Source: an uncultured Rhodobacteraceae bacterium
GTDB taxonomy: Bacteria > Pseudomonadota > Alphaproteobacteria > Rhodobacterales > Rhodobacteraceae
Assembly (NCBI GenBank): GCA_947487205.1
Contig: CANKVU010000004.1
Coordinates: 110,000 to 173,999, forward strand
Length of the DNA: 64,000 nucleotides
Reading direction: 5' to 3'
The notes beneath the pieces were generated by a model that saw nothing but the letters and a program-made list of their open reading frames with translations, searched no databases and had not been told where the DNA came from. Shown here piece after piece: positions 46,370-55,276 of this stretch. Position numbers and translations under genes: made by a program. How positions within the stretch are numbered: the first letter of the stretch is position 1; every line of letters starts with the position of its first letter.

Positions 46370-47083
46370 CTATCGTCCGAGTGTCTGCAGGACGCCGCGG
46401 ATGCGGCCGTCCTCTTTTTCGAGAAAGCTCTGGCCGAGCTCGTAGGCGCGCTGGACCTCGACCATGCGCGAGATCTCGGCGATCGGGTTCACGTTCGACT
46501 GCTCCAGGTGTCCCTGCAGGATGCGCCCCCCCTCGGCCGGGACCGGCGCCTCCTTCAGCGCGAAGACAAGGCCCGAGCGGCGCTCCACGTCCTCGGGCGC
46601 GGCCGGCGCCCAGAGGCCGAGCTGCGCCACCGGCACGCCGTCCGCCGAGACGGTGCCGTCGCGCGAGACAGACAGCGCGCCGCCGTCGAGCGGCAGCAGT
46701 ATCGGCCCGCCGCCCGCGTCGAGCACCCGCAGCCCCTCGTGGGTGACGAGCTCGCCCATCGCGTTGGGCGTGAAGGCGCCGGCGCGGGTCAGGGCCTGAC
46801 CGTCGGGCGTCTCCACCAGGAAGAACCCCTCGCCCTCGATGGCGAGGTCGAGCGTGCCGCCGGTCTGCTCGAGCGCCCCCTGCAGGTGCGACGTGGTGCG
46901 GACCCGCCCGGCGGCCATCGACAGCGATGGGCCGTCCTCCACCTTCTGCACGTATTCCGAGAACACGACGCCTTCCTTGCGATAGCCGTGGGTGCCGGCA
47001 TTGGCGACGTTGTTGGCCGTCGCCTGCATCTCGCGGGCGAGCCCCGAGAGCCGGGTGAGCGAGGTGTAGATCGAGTTGTCCAT
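46370..47083 (-). CDS. flgF: Flagellar proximal rod protein FlgF
   Basis: 237 aa with an N-terminal rod motif (ANNVANAGTHGY) and a C-terminal GHLEQSNVNPIAEISRMVEVQRAYE. Confidence 0.9.
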   Translation of the reverse strand: MDNSIYTSLTRLSGLAREMQATANNVANAGTHGYRKEGVVFSEYVQKVEDGPSLSMAAGRVRTTSHLQGALEQTGGTLDLAIEGEGFFLVETPDGQALTRAGAFTPNAMGELVTHEGLRVLDAGGGPILLPLDGGALSVSRDGTVSADGVPVAQLGLWAPAAPEDVERRSGLVFALKEAPVPAEGGRILQGHLEQSNVNPIAEISRMVEVQRAYELGQSFLEKEDGRIRGVLQTLGR

Positions 47084-47086
47084 GGG

Positions 47087-47356
47087 TCAGCCTCCGGCCA
47101 CGAGCGGGACGATCGAGGTCTCGAAGAACGACAGGAGCGTGCGGGTCATGAATCCCATCGTGATCCAGAACACCCCGGCGATGCACAGCAGCTTGGGCAC
47201 GAAGGTCAGCGTCATCTCCTGCACCGAGGTCAGCGCCTGGAACAGGCCGATCACCAGCCCCGAGATCAGCGCCACCGCGAGGATCGGGGCCGAGATCATC
47301 ACCGACACCCACAACCCCTCGCGCAGCACGTCGAAGAGGACGGCCTCACCCAGCAT
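47087..47356 (-). CDS. fliQ: Flagellar export apparatus protein FliQ
   Basis: 89 aa with two TM helices and a conserved block (GLFQALTSVQEMTLTFVPKL). Confidence 0.9.
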   Translation of the reverse strand: MLGEAVLFDVLREGLWVSVMISAPILAVALISGLVIGLFQALTSVQEMTLTFVPKLLCIAGVFWITMGFMTRTLLSFFETSIVPLVAGG

Positions 47357-47360
47357 GGGA

Positions 47361-47639
47361 TCAGACCGGCATCCTGAGGATTTCCTGGTAGGCCTCGACG
47401 ACCTTGTCGCGCACCGTCACCGCGGCATCGACGGCGAACTTCGCCCGGCCCAGCGCCTCGACCAGCTCCTGCGGGTTGGCGGTGCCGGTCATGGCGGCCT
47501 GCGCGGTCTCGTCGGCGGCCTTCATCGTCTCGGCGAAGCCCTTCGCCGCGTCGGTGGCGGCGCCGATCACCGGATCGGCGGCGGTCGCGGGTTTCTGGGC
47601 GGCATAGCGCTGCGCCGCGAAGGCGGTGGAGATGTCCAT
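47361..47639 (-). CDS. fliE: Flagellar hook-basal body protein FliE
   Basis: 92 aa with a C-terminal FliE block (…VTVRDKVVEAYQEILRMPV). It lies between flgC and fliQ. Confidence 0.85.
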   Translation of the reverse strand: MDISTAFAAQRYAAQKPATAADPVIGAATDAAKGFAETMKAADETAQAAMTGTANPQELVEALGRAKFAVDAAVTVRDKVVEAYQEILRMPV

Positions 47640-47665
47640 TCTGGACCTCCTTTTCTATGTGGGGT

Positions 47666-48043
47666 CTATCGTTTCAGCAGGTCCAGCAGGCCCTGCGCCA
47701 TCTGGCGGGACTGGTCGAAGAGCTTGAGGTTGGCCTCGTAGGAGCGCTGCGCCTCGCGGGCATCGGTGATCTCGACGATCAGGTCGACGTTCGAGCCCTC
47801 GTAATGGCCCGATTCGTCCGCCATCGGGTGGCCGGGGTCGTAGACCTGCGGCAGCGCGCGGCGGTCGAGGCGGACGGGGCCGGGTTCCACCCCGCCATCC
47901 ATCATCTCGCGGAACGGCACCGTCTTGCGCCGGTAGCCGGGCGTGTCGGCGTTGGCGATGTTCTCGGACAGGTGGCGCAGCCGGTCGGCCTGCGCCTTCA
48001 TGCCGCTCGCGGAGATGCCGAAGGTTCCCAGGATGTCGCTCAT
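47666..48043 (-). CDS. flgC: Flagellar rod protein FlgC
   Basis: 125 aa with the motifs ISASGMKAQADRLRHLSENIANADTPGYRRK and …SNVDLIVEITDAREAQRSYEAN. Confidence 0.92.
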   Translation of the reverse strand: MSDILGTFGISASGMKAQADRLRHLSENIANADTPGYRRKTVPFREMMDGGVEPGPVRLDRRALPQVYDPGHPMADESGHYEGSNVDLIVEITDAREAQRSYEANLKLFDQSRQMAQGLLDLLKR

Positions 48044-48050
48044 GTCGTCC

Positions 48051-48425
48051 TCACTTCCGGCCCAGCGCCGTGGACCTGATCTGACTGACGGTGGTGTAGA
48101 TCGAGAGCGCCATGTCGTGGCTCTGGCGGATCTCGGCCGCCTTCATCATCTCGGTCTCCAGCGACACGGTATTGCCGTTCGGCGACGCCTCGGCGGCCCG
48201 CTCCACCGGCTCGGCGTCGCGGCGGCCCGGCTCCCAGCCGATATGGCCGGCGCGCGTCGCCTTCAGCCCCGCCCCCGTCTCCAGCGTCTCGGCGAAGGAG
48301 GGCAGGTCGGCCGCGCGATAGCCCGGCGTGTCGGCATTCGCCATGTTGCGCGCCACGACCTCCTGCCTGGCCTGGGCATGGGCCATGAGGTCGTGCGCCA
48401 TCGATGTGATCCTGAGATCGGCCAT
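48051..48425 (-). CDS. flgB: Flagellar rod protein FlgB
   Basis: 124 aa with the motifs RQEVVARNMANADTPGYRA and …NTVSLETEMMKAAE. Confidence 0.9.
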   Translation of the reverse strand: MADLRITSMAHDLMAHAQARQEVVARNMANADTPGYRAADLPSFAETLETGAGLKATRAGHIGWEPGRRDAEPVERAAEASPNGNTVSLETEMMKAAEIRQSHDMALSIYTTVSQIRSTALGRK

Positions 48426-48510
48426 CCTGGTCGTCTCCGTCTGCGTTCAAGGAAGGTTTAACCGGCAGACCTTTAGAAAGGGTTGCAGAGCCTGGAACGG
48501 AGAGAACGCC

Positions 48511-49833
48511 GTGGCCCATATCGACCTGGACACCCTGACGGCGCTGGTCCGGCGCACCCGGATCGACCGCCAGGTCGGGCGGATCGTGTCGATCGCCGGC
48601 GGCACCGTGCGAATCGCCAACCTGGACGACGCGGCGATCGGCGACCGGGTGCGCCTCGGCCCCGAGCGGCTGGAGGGAGAGATCGTCGCGATCGAGGGGG
48701 AGGCGCGGATCGCCCTCGCCGACGGGCCCGTCGCGGGGCTGTCGGCGGGGCAGGCGGCGGTGGCGGCGGGGCCGCTGCGGCTGGCGCCGGACGATTCGTG
48801 GATCGGCCGGATCGTCGATCCGTCGGGCGCGCCCATGGACGGGCGGCCGCTGATCGCCGGCCGCGACGACCGCCCGCTCTTCGGGCCCGCCCCCGACGCG
48901 GCGCGGCGCCGCGGCCTCGGCGCCCGGATCGAGACCGGCCTGAAGGCGTTCAACACCGTCCTGCCCGTGGTGCGCGGCCAGCGCCTGGGCCTCTTCGCGG
49001 GCTCGGGCGTGGGCAAGTCCACCCTCCTGGCCGCCCTCGCCCGCCGGGTGGAGGCCGACGTGGTGGTGCTGGCGCTCATCGGCGAGCGCGGCCGCGAGAT
49101 GCGCGAATTCGTGGACAAGGTCCTGGGCCCCGAGGGGATGGCGCGCACCGTCGTGGTGGGCGCGACCGCCGACCGCCCCGCCTCGCTCCGCGCGCGCTGC
49201 CTGCCGGCCGCGCTCGGCATCGCCGAGCATTTCCGCGACCAGGGACGGCACGTCCTGCTGCTAGCCGATTCGGTCACCCGCCACGCCGAGGCGCACCGCC
49301 AGGTCGCCGCGGCGCGGGGCGAGGCGCCGGTGCTCGGCGGCTTTCCCGCCTCGATGCCGCAAGAGATCATGGGCCTGTGCGAGCGCGCCGGTCCGGGCGC
49401 CGATACCGCCGGCGACATCACCGCGCTCTTCACCGTGCTCGTGGCCGGCAGCGACATGGAGGGGCCGGTGGCCGACACGCTGCGCGGCGTCCTCGACGGC
49501 CATGTCGTGCTCGACCGCGCGATCGCCGAGCGCGGCCGCTTCCCCGCCATCGACCTGTCGCGCTCCGTCTCCCGCTCCCTGCCCGAGGCGGCCGAGCCGC
49601 AGCAGAACACCCTCATCTCAGAGGCGCGGCGCCTGATCGGCGCCTATGAACGGTCCGAGATGATGATCCGCGCGGGCCTCTACGCCGCCGGCTCGGACCG
49701 GACGCTGGATCTCGCCATCCAGGCCTGGCCGAAGCTCGACGCCTTCCTGGGCCAGTCCGAGCCCAAGGGCATCGCCGAAAGCTTCGTGGCCCTCGCCCGG
49801 TGCCTGTCGCGCCGCCCCGACGCCGCCGGCTGA
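48511..49833 (+). CDS. fliI: Flagellum-specific ATPase FliI
   Basis: 440 aa from the GTG at 48511, with GGAGAG about 7 nt upstream. It is in frame with ORF 48328..49833. Walker A is GSGVGKST, Walker B is VLLLADSVTR, and the motif GDITALFTVLVAGSDM is present. Confidence 0.9.
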   Translation: MAHIDLDTLTALVRRTRIDRQVGRIVSIAGGTVRIANLDDAAIGDRVRLGPERLEGEIVAIEGEARIALADGPVAGLSAGQAAVAAGPLRLAPDDSWIGRIVDPSGAPMDGRPLIAGRDDRPLFGPAPDAARRRGLGARIETGLKAFNTVLPVVRGQRLGLFAGSGVGKSTLLAALARRVEADVVVLALIGERGREMREFVDKVLGPEGMARTVVVGATADRPASLRARCLPAALGIAEHFRDQGRHVLLLADSVTRHAEAHRQVAAARGEAPVLGGFPASMPQEIMGLCERAGPGADTAGDITALFTVLVAGSDMEGPVADTLRGVLDGHVVLDRAIAERGRFPAIDLSRSVSRSLPEAAEPQQNTLISEARRLIGAYERSEMMIRAGLYAAGSDRTLDLAIQAWPKLDAFLGQSEPKGIAESFVALARCLSRRPDAAG

Positions 49834-49878
49834 CGGGGACGCGAACGGGGACGGGAAAGGGGCGCCCGCGCGCCGCCC

Positions 49879-50673
49879 TCAGCCCTGGAGGAGCGCCAGC
49901 GCGGCGGTGGCGGAATTCAGCGACGCGGCGCTGACCTGCGCCAGCTCGGAGCGCAGCAGGAAGGTCCGGACGACCTCCTCTACCATCGCGGGCTTGGACA
50001 GCTCGGCCAGGTCCGCGGTGCCGAAGGTCGCCTCGGCGCGGGACTGGAATTCCTCGACCTGCCGGTCCACGTCGATCTGCCCGAACGAGGCCGGCAGCCC
50101 CAGAGCCGTCTCCATGACCGAGCGCAGCGGAGGCATCGACATCACCGTGAACCACTTGGCGCGCTGCGATTCCGGGCCCGCCGCGATCTCGGCCAGGTCG
50201 CGGCCGAACCCCAGCGCCAGGCGCATGTCCGCGTCCACGTCGCCGGCGGCGATCTCGAATTGCCGGTCGGTGTAGCGCGCCAGGATGCGGTCGGCGAACC
50301 CGGGCTCGCCGGTACGCGGCCCCGCCGCGGCGCCGAAGCCGAACGCGTCGGCCAGCGCCTTGTAGCGCCGGTCGGCGAAGCGCGAGGCCATCGAGGTCTT
50401 GTCCGACGTGTCCGATTCCAGGATCTTCTGGACGAAGTACTTGTTGTTCAGGTCGTCATCGAGGCCGAACGCCCCCAGCGCCACCTGCAGAAGCTGGCGG
50501 TCGCCCACCAGGTCGGCGGCGGTCTTCACGTCCGCGATCCGCGCCTCGAAGGCGCGGAGGTTGCGGTCGATCGACGGCGTCGCCTCCATGAGGTCCTGCT
50601 GGCGGTCGCGGGTCCTGTCGAGGAACAGGTACCCGCCATAGCCGCCGAAGGGGACGATCGGAGAGAAGGTCAT
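49879..50673 (-). CDS. DUF1217 domain flagellar-cluster protein
   Basis: 264 aa from the internal ATG of ORF 49879..51084. It overlaps the flbT stop. The N-terminus is MTFSPIVPFGGYGGYLFLDRT, followed by repeated helical modules typical of DUF1217 proteins found next to flbT/flaF. Confidence 0.6.
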   Translation of the reverse strand: MTFSPIVPFGGYGGYLFLDRTRDRQQDLMEATPSIDRNLRAFEARIADVKTAADLVGDRQLLQVALGAFGLDDDLNNKYFVQKILESDTSDKTSMASRFADRRYKALADAFGFGAAAGPRTGEPGFADRILARYTDRQFEIAAGDVDADMRLALGFGRDLAEIAAGPESQRAKWFTVMSMPPLRSVMETALGLPASFGQIDVDRQVEEFQSRAEATFGTADLAELSKPAMVEEVVRTFLLRSELAQVSAASLNSATAALALLQG

Positions 50674-51074
50674 CTGGACGCGACGGAGAGCAGGAACGCC
50701 TCCGTCTCGATCAGGCGGCGCAGGAATTTCAGCGCGTAATACGCCTTGCCTTCCTGGGTCGCGCGGCGCGCGGCCGACAGGATCTCGTGGCTCTCCGCGT
50801 CGCGGAAGACGGCCGACAATTCGTCGATCCCCCGCATCAGGCGCGGCGCCACCTCCGCCATGGGGGCATCCCCCGACAGGACCAGCTGCGCCTGGTAGCA
50901 GAGCCGCTTGACCGGCGTGTCGCTCTCGTCGGGGCGGATCGCGTCGCGCAGGCGCAGGATGTGGGCGCCCGGCGTCAGGACGTTCAGCCGGCCGCGCCGG
51001 CTGCCGTTCTCGATCACCGCGCCGTTGATCAGAAGCCGTTCGTTCGGAGCCAGCTTCAGCACCAGGCCGCTCAT
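50670..51074 (-). CDS. flbT: Flagellin synthesis repressor FlbT
   Basis: 134 aa, beginning LKLAPNERLLINGAVIENGSRRGRLNVLT…ILRLRDAI, the canonical FlbT N-terminus. Confidence 0.88.
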   Translation of the reverse strand: MSGLVLKLAPNERLLINGAVIENGSRRGRLNVLTPGAHILRLRDAIRPDESDTPVKRLCYQAQLVLSGDAPMAEVAPRLMRGIDELSAVFRDAESHEILSAARRATQEGKAYYALKFLRRLIETEAFLLSVASR

Positions 51075-51433
51075 GCCGGTGCACCGCTCTGGCGCAGGCC
51101 CGCCATGACGGTCGCGTTGATCTCGACCAGCACGTCGATCTCCGCCTCGCGGCGCAGGACCTTGCTCGTGTGGGCGTTGGTGAATTCGGCCAGCGACAGG
51201 AGGTCGGCGCGCAGCGCGTCGGGCAGGCCGTTGCCCTCTCCCGAAAGGTCGGCGGCCAGGGTGATCCAGAGGCGGCGGTTGTCGGTCAGCGCCGCGGCCG
51301 TCTCGGCGAAGGTCTGGGCCTTCTTCATGGCGGCGGTGACGCGCGAGAAGATGGCGTATTCGTCGGCGCGCGGGGTGCGGACCGCCCGGTTGGAGGAACC
51401 GTAGGCGTCGCGGGCGAGGAGGGTGGCGTTCAC
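51071..51433 (-). CDS. flaF: Flagellin synthesis regulator FlaF
   Basis: 120 aa with the motif …AYGSSNRAVRTPRADEYAIFSRVTAAM…NRRLWITLA. It overlaps flbT by 4 nt. Confidence 0.85.
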   Translation of the reverse strand: MNATLLARDAYGSSNRAVRTPRADEYAIFSRVTAAMKKAQTFAETAAALTDNRRLWITLAADLSGEGNGLPDALRADLLSLAEFTNAHTSKVLRREAEIDVLVEINATVMAGLRQSGAPA

Positions 51434-51485
51434 GTCGCGTCCCTTTCTAGACTGGCGTGGAAATCTGGGGGCCCGAAGGCAGGGT

Positions 51486-51510
51486 CGGGGGCGCCGTTCG
51501 GGCGCCCCCG
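51486..51510 (-). terminator. GC hairpin immediately downstream of flagellin
   Basis: A 10-bp perfect stem (cgggggcgcc / ggcgcccccg) has a 5-nt loop and lies 11 nt past the flagellin stop. No clear U-tract follows. Confidence 0.5.
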
Positions 51511-51520
51511 GAAGCCGCTA

Positions 51521-52753
51521 TCAGCGGAAGAGCGACATGATCGCGCCCGGCGCCTGGTTGGCGATGGACAGCGACTGCACGCCCAGCTGCTGCTGGGTCT
51601 GCAGCGCCTTCAGCTTGGCCGAGGCCTCCTCCATGTCGGCGTCCACGAGGGAGCCGATGCCGGATTTCAGCGAATCGGTCAGCTTGCCGACGAACTCGTT
51701 CTGGATCGAGATCCGCTTTTCCACCGAGCCGAGCTCGGCGGCGCTGTTGACCGATTTCTGGATCAGGCCCTCGATCTCGCTCAGCGCGCTCGCCGCGCCC
51801 TCGGCGGTGGTCACGTCCACGCTGCTCAGCGCGAACATGTCGCCGCGTCCGCGGTCGATGCTGGTCGCCACCGAGATGTCGGCGTCGGTGGAATTGGTGA
51901 AGACCAGACCGGTAGAGTCAGAGGCGGTGATGTCGGCGATCCCGGCCTGCTTCAGGGCGTCGTTCATGCCCTTGACCACGTCGGCGGCCGTGTCGCCGGC
52001 CCCCACGCGGTAGCTCACGTCGATGCCCGCGTCATCGTCGCCGGTATCGGCGTCGATGGTGACGGTGATCACGTCGCCGGCGAGGATCGTGTCGAGGTCG
52101 CTCGTGTCAGCGGTCTTGTCGGACGATTTCATCGCCTCGGTGCCGCCGCCCTGGAACGTCAGCGCGACCGCGGTGGAGGCGGCGGTGCCGCCCGTGCTCA
52201 GCGTTTCGGCGGCCTGGACCAGGGTCAGCGCATCGCCGCCATCGGTGCTCAGGTTGACGCCGTCGACCGAGATCGAGCTGGAGGTGACGCTGCCATCCGA
52301 GGCGCGGTTCAGCGACGACAGGACCTTGACCGGGTCCTTCGCGCTGCCGTCGAGCAGGTTCAGGCCGTTGAACTGCGCGGCGCCGACGATGCCCTTGATC
52401 TGGCTCGTCAGGGCCTCGATGTCCGTCTGCAGCTTGTTGCGGTCGACGTTCTCTTCCTGCGCGCCGGTGATCTTGCCTTTGATCTCGGTCAGCAGGTCGG
52501 TGACGCTCTCGGCGGCGTTGCGGCCGGTGGCGACGGTCGATTCGCCCAGCGACAGGCTGTCGGAGATCGCCTTGAAGCCGGACACGTCGGCTTCCATGAC
52601 CTTGGAGATGGCCCAGGTGGCCGCGTTGTCCTTGGCCGAGGAGACCTTCTTGCCGGTGGAGATCTCGTTCTGCGTGGTCTCGAGGTTGTTGTTGATCGAC
52701 TTCAGGGTCTGCAGCGCCACCATGGCGCCGTTGTTGGTCAGAATGCTGGTCAT
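51521..52753 (-). CDS. fliC: Flagellin
   Basis: 410 aa. The conserved N-terminus is MTSILTNNGAMVALQTLKSINNNL…ISTGKKVSSAKDNAA and the C-terminus is QQQLGVQSLSIANQAPGAIMSLFR. The central region is variable and Thr/Ser/Asp-rich. Confidence 0.93.
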   Translation of the reverse strand: MTSILTNNGAMVALQTLKSINNNLETTQNEISTGKKVSSAKDNAATWAISKVMEADVSGFKAISDSLSLGESTVATGRNAAESVTDLLTEIKGKITGAQEENVDRNKLQTDIEALTSQIKGIVGAAQFNGLNLLDGSAKDPVKVLSSLNRASDGSVTSSSISVDGVNLSTDGGDALTLVQAAETLSTGGTAASTAVALTFQGGGTEAMKSSDKTADTSDLDTILAGDVITVTIDADTGDDDAGIDVSYRVGAGDTAADVVKGMNDALKQAGIADITASDSTGLVFTNSTDADISVATSIDRGRGDMFALSSVDVTTAEGAASALSEIEGLIQKSVNSAAELGSVEKRISIQNEFVGKLTDSLKSGIGSLVDADMEEASAKLKALQTQQQLGVQSLSIANQAPGAIMSLFR

Positions 52754-52899
52754 TCTTCGTCCTCAAAAACGTGGATGCTTTCCGCATCGGGAAGCGGCCG
52801 CCGGGGCGGCCGGGTGCAAGGTCGTTCTGACCGGCGCGGGGTGGGTCGCGGCCTTCTCTGGCCTGCCCTCCCGGACGCTCTCAATCTGACCTCGAATCT

Positions 52900-52914
52900 C
52901 TAATCATTGCCTAA
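52900..52914. promoter_or_regulatory. Degenerate CtrA-like box (minus strand TTAG-N7-TTAG) upstream of flagellin
   Basis: ctaatcattgcctaa was read directly. It lies about 150 nt upstream of the flagellin ATG. Both half-sites carry an A-to-G change relative to TTAA. Confidence 0.25.
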
Positions 52915-52973
52915 CGCGGGCCCGCCGGGGCGGTGTCTTTTTCAAGGCAGATCCGGCAAATTCGAAACTGTTT

Positions 52974-53600
52974 TCACACAGTTACGACGCACCCTCCGGC
53001 GGCCTCGGCATCCTCGGGATCGTGGGTGACCATGACCACCGGCAGGCCCCGGTCGCGCACCGTGGCGAACACCACCGACCGCGTCGCCGCGCGCCGCTCG
53101 GCGTCGAGCCGGGAGAAGGGCTCGTCGAGCAGCAGCGCGTCGGGGCGCGCCAGCAGCGTCCGCATCAGGGCCACCCGCGCGCGCTGCCCGCCCGACAGGG
53201 TGTCGGGGTCGCGCCCGCCCATCCCCTCCAGCCCGACCTCCGCCAGCGCCGCCGCGATCGCGCGGCGCCGTTCGGCGCGCGGGGCCCGCGGCAGGCCGAA
53301 TCCCAGGTTCCCCGCCACCGACAGGTGCGGGAACAGCAGGTCGTCCTGGAACAGGATGCCGATGCCGCGCGCCTCCGTCGGCAGGCCGGTCACGTCGCGC
53401 CCGCCCAGGATCACCCGGCCGCGCGCCGCGAAGGCGGGGGCGAGCGTGCCCACGAGATAGGCCAGCAGCGTCGATTTCCCGCTGCCCGACGGGCCCATCA
53501 CCGTCAGCACCTCGCCCGGGGCGACCTGCGCGTCGAGCGCGACGAGCACCCGCCCCTCCAGCGCCACGGACACCTCCTCCAGCCGCAACCCCTCAGCCAT
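52974..53600 (-). CDS. ABC transporter ATP-binding protein (YnjD-like)
   Basis: 208 aa from the internal ATG of ORF 52974..53690. Walker A is GPSGSGKST, the signature is LSGGQRARVAL and Walker B is LLLDEPFS. Confidence 0.85.
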   Translation of the reverse strand: MAEGLRLEEVSVALEGRVLVALDAQVAPGEVLTVMGPSGSGKSTLLAYLVGTLAPAFAARGRVILGGRDVTGLPTEARGIGILFQDDLLFPHLSVAGNLGFGLPRAPRAERRRAIAAALAEVGLEGMGGRDPDTLSGGQRARVALMRTLLARPDALLLDEPFSRLDAERRAATRSVVFATVRDRGLPVVMVTHDPEDAEAAGGCVVTV

Positions 53601-55266
53601 GCAGGCCCCGCCGGTTGCGGAACGCGATCGCCGGCACCAGCAGCGCCAGCGCGAAGGGCAAGAGCGCCGCCGCCGTCTGCGCCAGCGCATAGACGCCGAT
53701 CGCCCGCCGGTCCCCGCCCGAGGCGAGCGCCACCGCCTCGGTCGTCAGCGTCGCGACCCGGCCGCCCCCGATCAGCAGAGTGGGCAGGTATTGACCGACG
53801 CTGACCGCCACGCCCACCGCCGCCGCCGTCAGCACCGGGCCCATCAGCATCGGCAGCCGCACCGCCCAGAGCGTGCGCCCCGGCCCCGCGCCCAGCGCCG
53901 CGGCCACGGTGGCATAACGCGCGTCCCAGGCCCGCCACGGATCGCCGAGCGACAGGAAGACATAGGGCAGCACGAAGACGAGATGCGCGGCCACCACCGG
54001 CCCCAGGCCGATATCGGCGCCCGCCGACAGCAGGAACGATTGCAGCCCCGGCAGGAACGCCGTCTGCGGCATCAGGAGCGGCAGGTACAACAGCCATGCC
54101 GCCCCCGCCCCCATCGCCCGCCCGCGCCGGTGCTCGGCCTCCAGGCAGCCGATGGTCAGGGCGAGCGCGATCGCCGTGGCGATCGCGGCCACCAGGAAGG
54201 TCTGCCGCGCCCCGGCCGCGACCCCGTCCGCGTGCCGCGCCCAGCTGCGCCCGGTCAACCCCTCGGGCCAGAGGTCGGGATAGCTCCACAGCCCCGCGAC
54301 CGACCACAGCGCCAGGATCGCCAGGCCGACGGTCACGCTCGCCGCCGCGACCGTGCCGAGCACCAGCCCCGCGCCGCGCAACGCCGCATCCGCCGCCCGG
54401 CGCCCGCCACCCTCGGCCCAGGCCCGCCCGGCGCGCGCCACGGCCCCCTCTCCCGCGCGCCAGAGCGCCAGCGCCATCCCCACCAGCAGCAATTGCCAGA
54501 TCGCCCCGGCCGAGGCGAGCAGCCGCTGCGACAGGTCCGGATCGCCCATCCAGCGCACGATCTGCACCGACAGGGTCGGCGGCGTGGTGGGCCCCAGGAT
54601 CAGCGCCACGTCCACCACCGACATGGAATAGGCCAGCACCACGTAGACCGGCAGCCGGATCTGCGCGTAAAGTGCCGGGAACACCGTCTTGAACCACCCC
54701 GTCATCCGCCCGTAGCCCAGGCTCCGCGCCACCAGGAGCGACCGCCGCGGCCGCGTCTGCGGCAGCGCCGCCAGCGCCATCAGGAGCAGGAACGGCACCT
54801 CCTTGGCGACCATCCCCGCCATCAGCGCCAGCCCCCAGGGATCGCCCACGACCAGCACGTCGGGCGGCCGCTCCCACCCCGCCAGGGGCGCCGCGATCCG
54901 CGCCAGCCAGCCCGACGGCGCGATCAGGAAGGCCAGACCGAAGGCCGCCGCGGCGTGGGGCACCGACAGAAGCGGCGACAGCAGCCGCTGCAGCCAGGCG
55001 AAGGCCCGCGTGCCCGACCAGCCACCGACCGCCAGCGCCACGATCCCGAGGGAGGCGAGCGTCGCCCCGACCCCCGTCGTCACCGACAGGCGCGAGGCCT
55101 CGAACAGGCCCGGCCAGGCGGCCAGCCGCCCGATCGCGGCGCCCGAGGGCCCCTCGAACCCGGCCGCCGGCAGGTGCCCCAGCGCCGGCAGCACCGCCCC
55201 CCACAGCCCCGCCGCGACGGGGCCCAGCATCGCGCAGAGCGTCAGGGCGGGCAGGGCCCGGATCAC
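53593..55266 (-). CDS. ABC transporter permease with duplicated permease domains (YnjC-like)
   Basis: About 557 aa from the GTG at 55266, in frame with ORF 53593..55575. It is polytopic with two BPD-type halves and overlaps the ATPase gene by 8 nt. Confidence 0.75.
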   Translation of the reverse strand: MIRALPALTLCAMLGPVAAGLWGAVLPALGHLPAAGFEGPSGAAIGRLAAWPGLFEASRLSVTTGVGATLASLGIVALAVGGWSGTRAFAWLQRLLSPLLSVPHAAAAFGLAFLIAPSGWLARIAAPLAGWERPPDVLVVGDPWGLALMAGMVAKEVPFLLLMALAALPQTRPRRSLLVARSLGYGRMTGWFKTVFPALYAQIRLPVYVVLAYSMSVVDVALILGPTTPPTLSVQIVRWMGDPDLSQRLLASAGAIWQLLLVGMALALWRAGEGAVARAGRAWAEGGGRRAADAALRGAGLVLGTVAAASVTVGLAILALWSVAGLWSYPDLWPEGLTGRSWARHADGVAAGARQTFLVAAIATAIALALTIGCLEAEHRRGRAMGAGAAWLLYLPLLMPQTAFLPGLQSFLLSAGADIGLGPVVAAHLVFVLPYVFLSLGDPWRAWDARYATVAAALGAGPGRTLWAVRLPMLMGPVLTAAAVGVAVSVGQYLPTLLIGGGRVATLTTEAVALASGGDRRAIGVYALAQTAAALLPFALALLVPAIAFRNRRGLHG

Positions 55267-55276
55267 CGGCCCGGGC

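Noticed and set aside
45141-47312. A 723-aa minus-strand ORF covering flgA, flgG, flgF and fliQ.
   Set aside because: Only its last 145 codons (flgA) are in a plausible frame. The rest is off-frame relative to the clearly recognisable flgG, flgF and fliQ.
48426-48510. A sigma-54 (GG-N10-GC) or CtrA (TTAA-N7-TTAA) site in the divergent flgB/fliI region.
   Set aside because: TTAACCGGCAGACCTTTAG has an 11-nt spacer, not 7. TGGAAC…GC elements do not have the -24/-12 spacing. Only a short aaggt/acctt inverted repeat is present.
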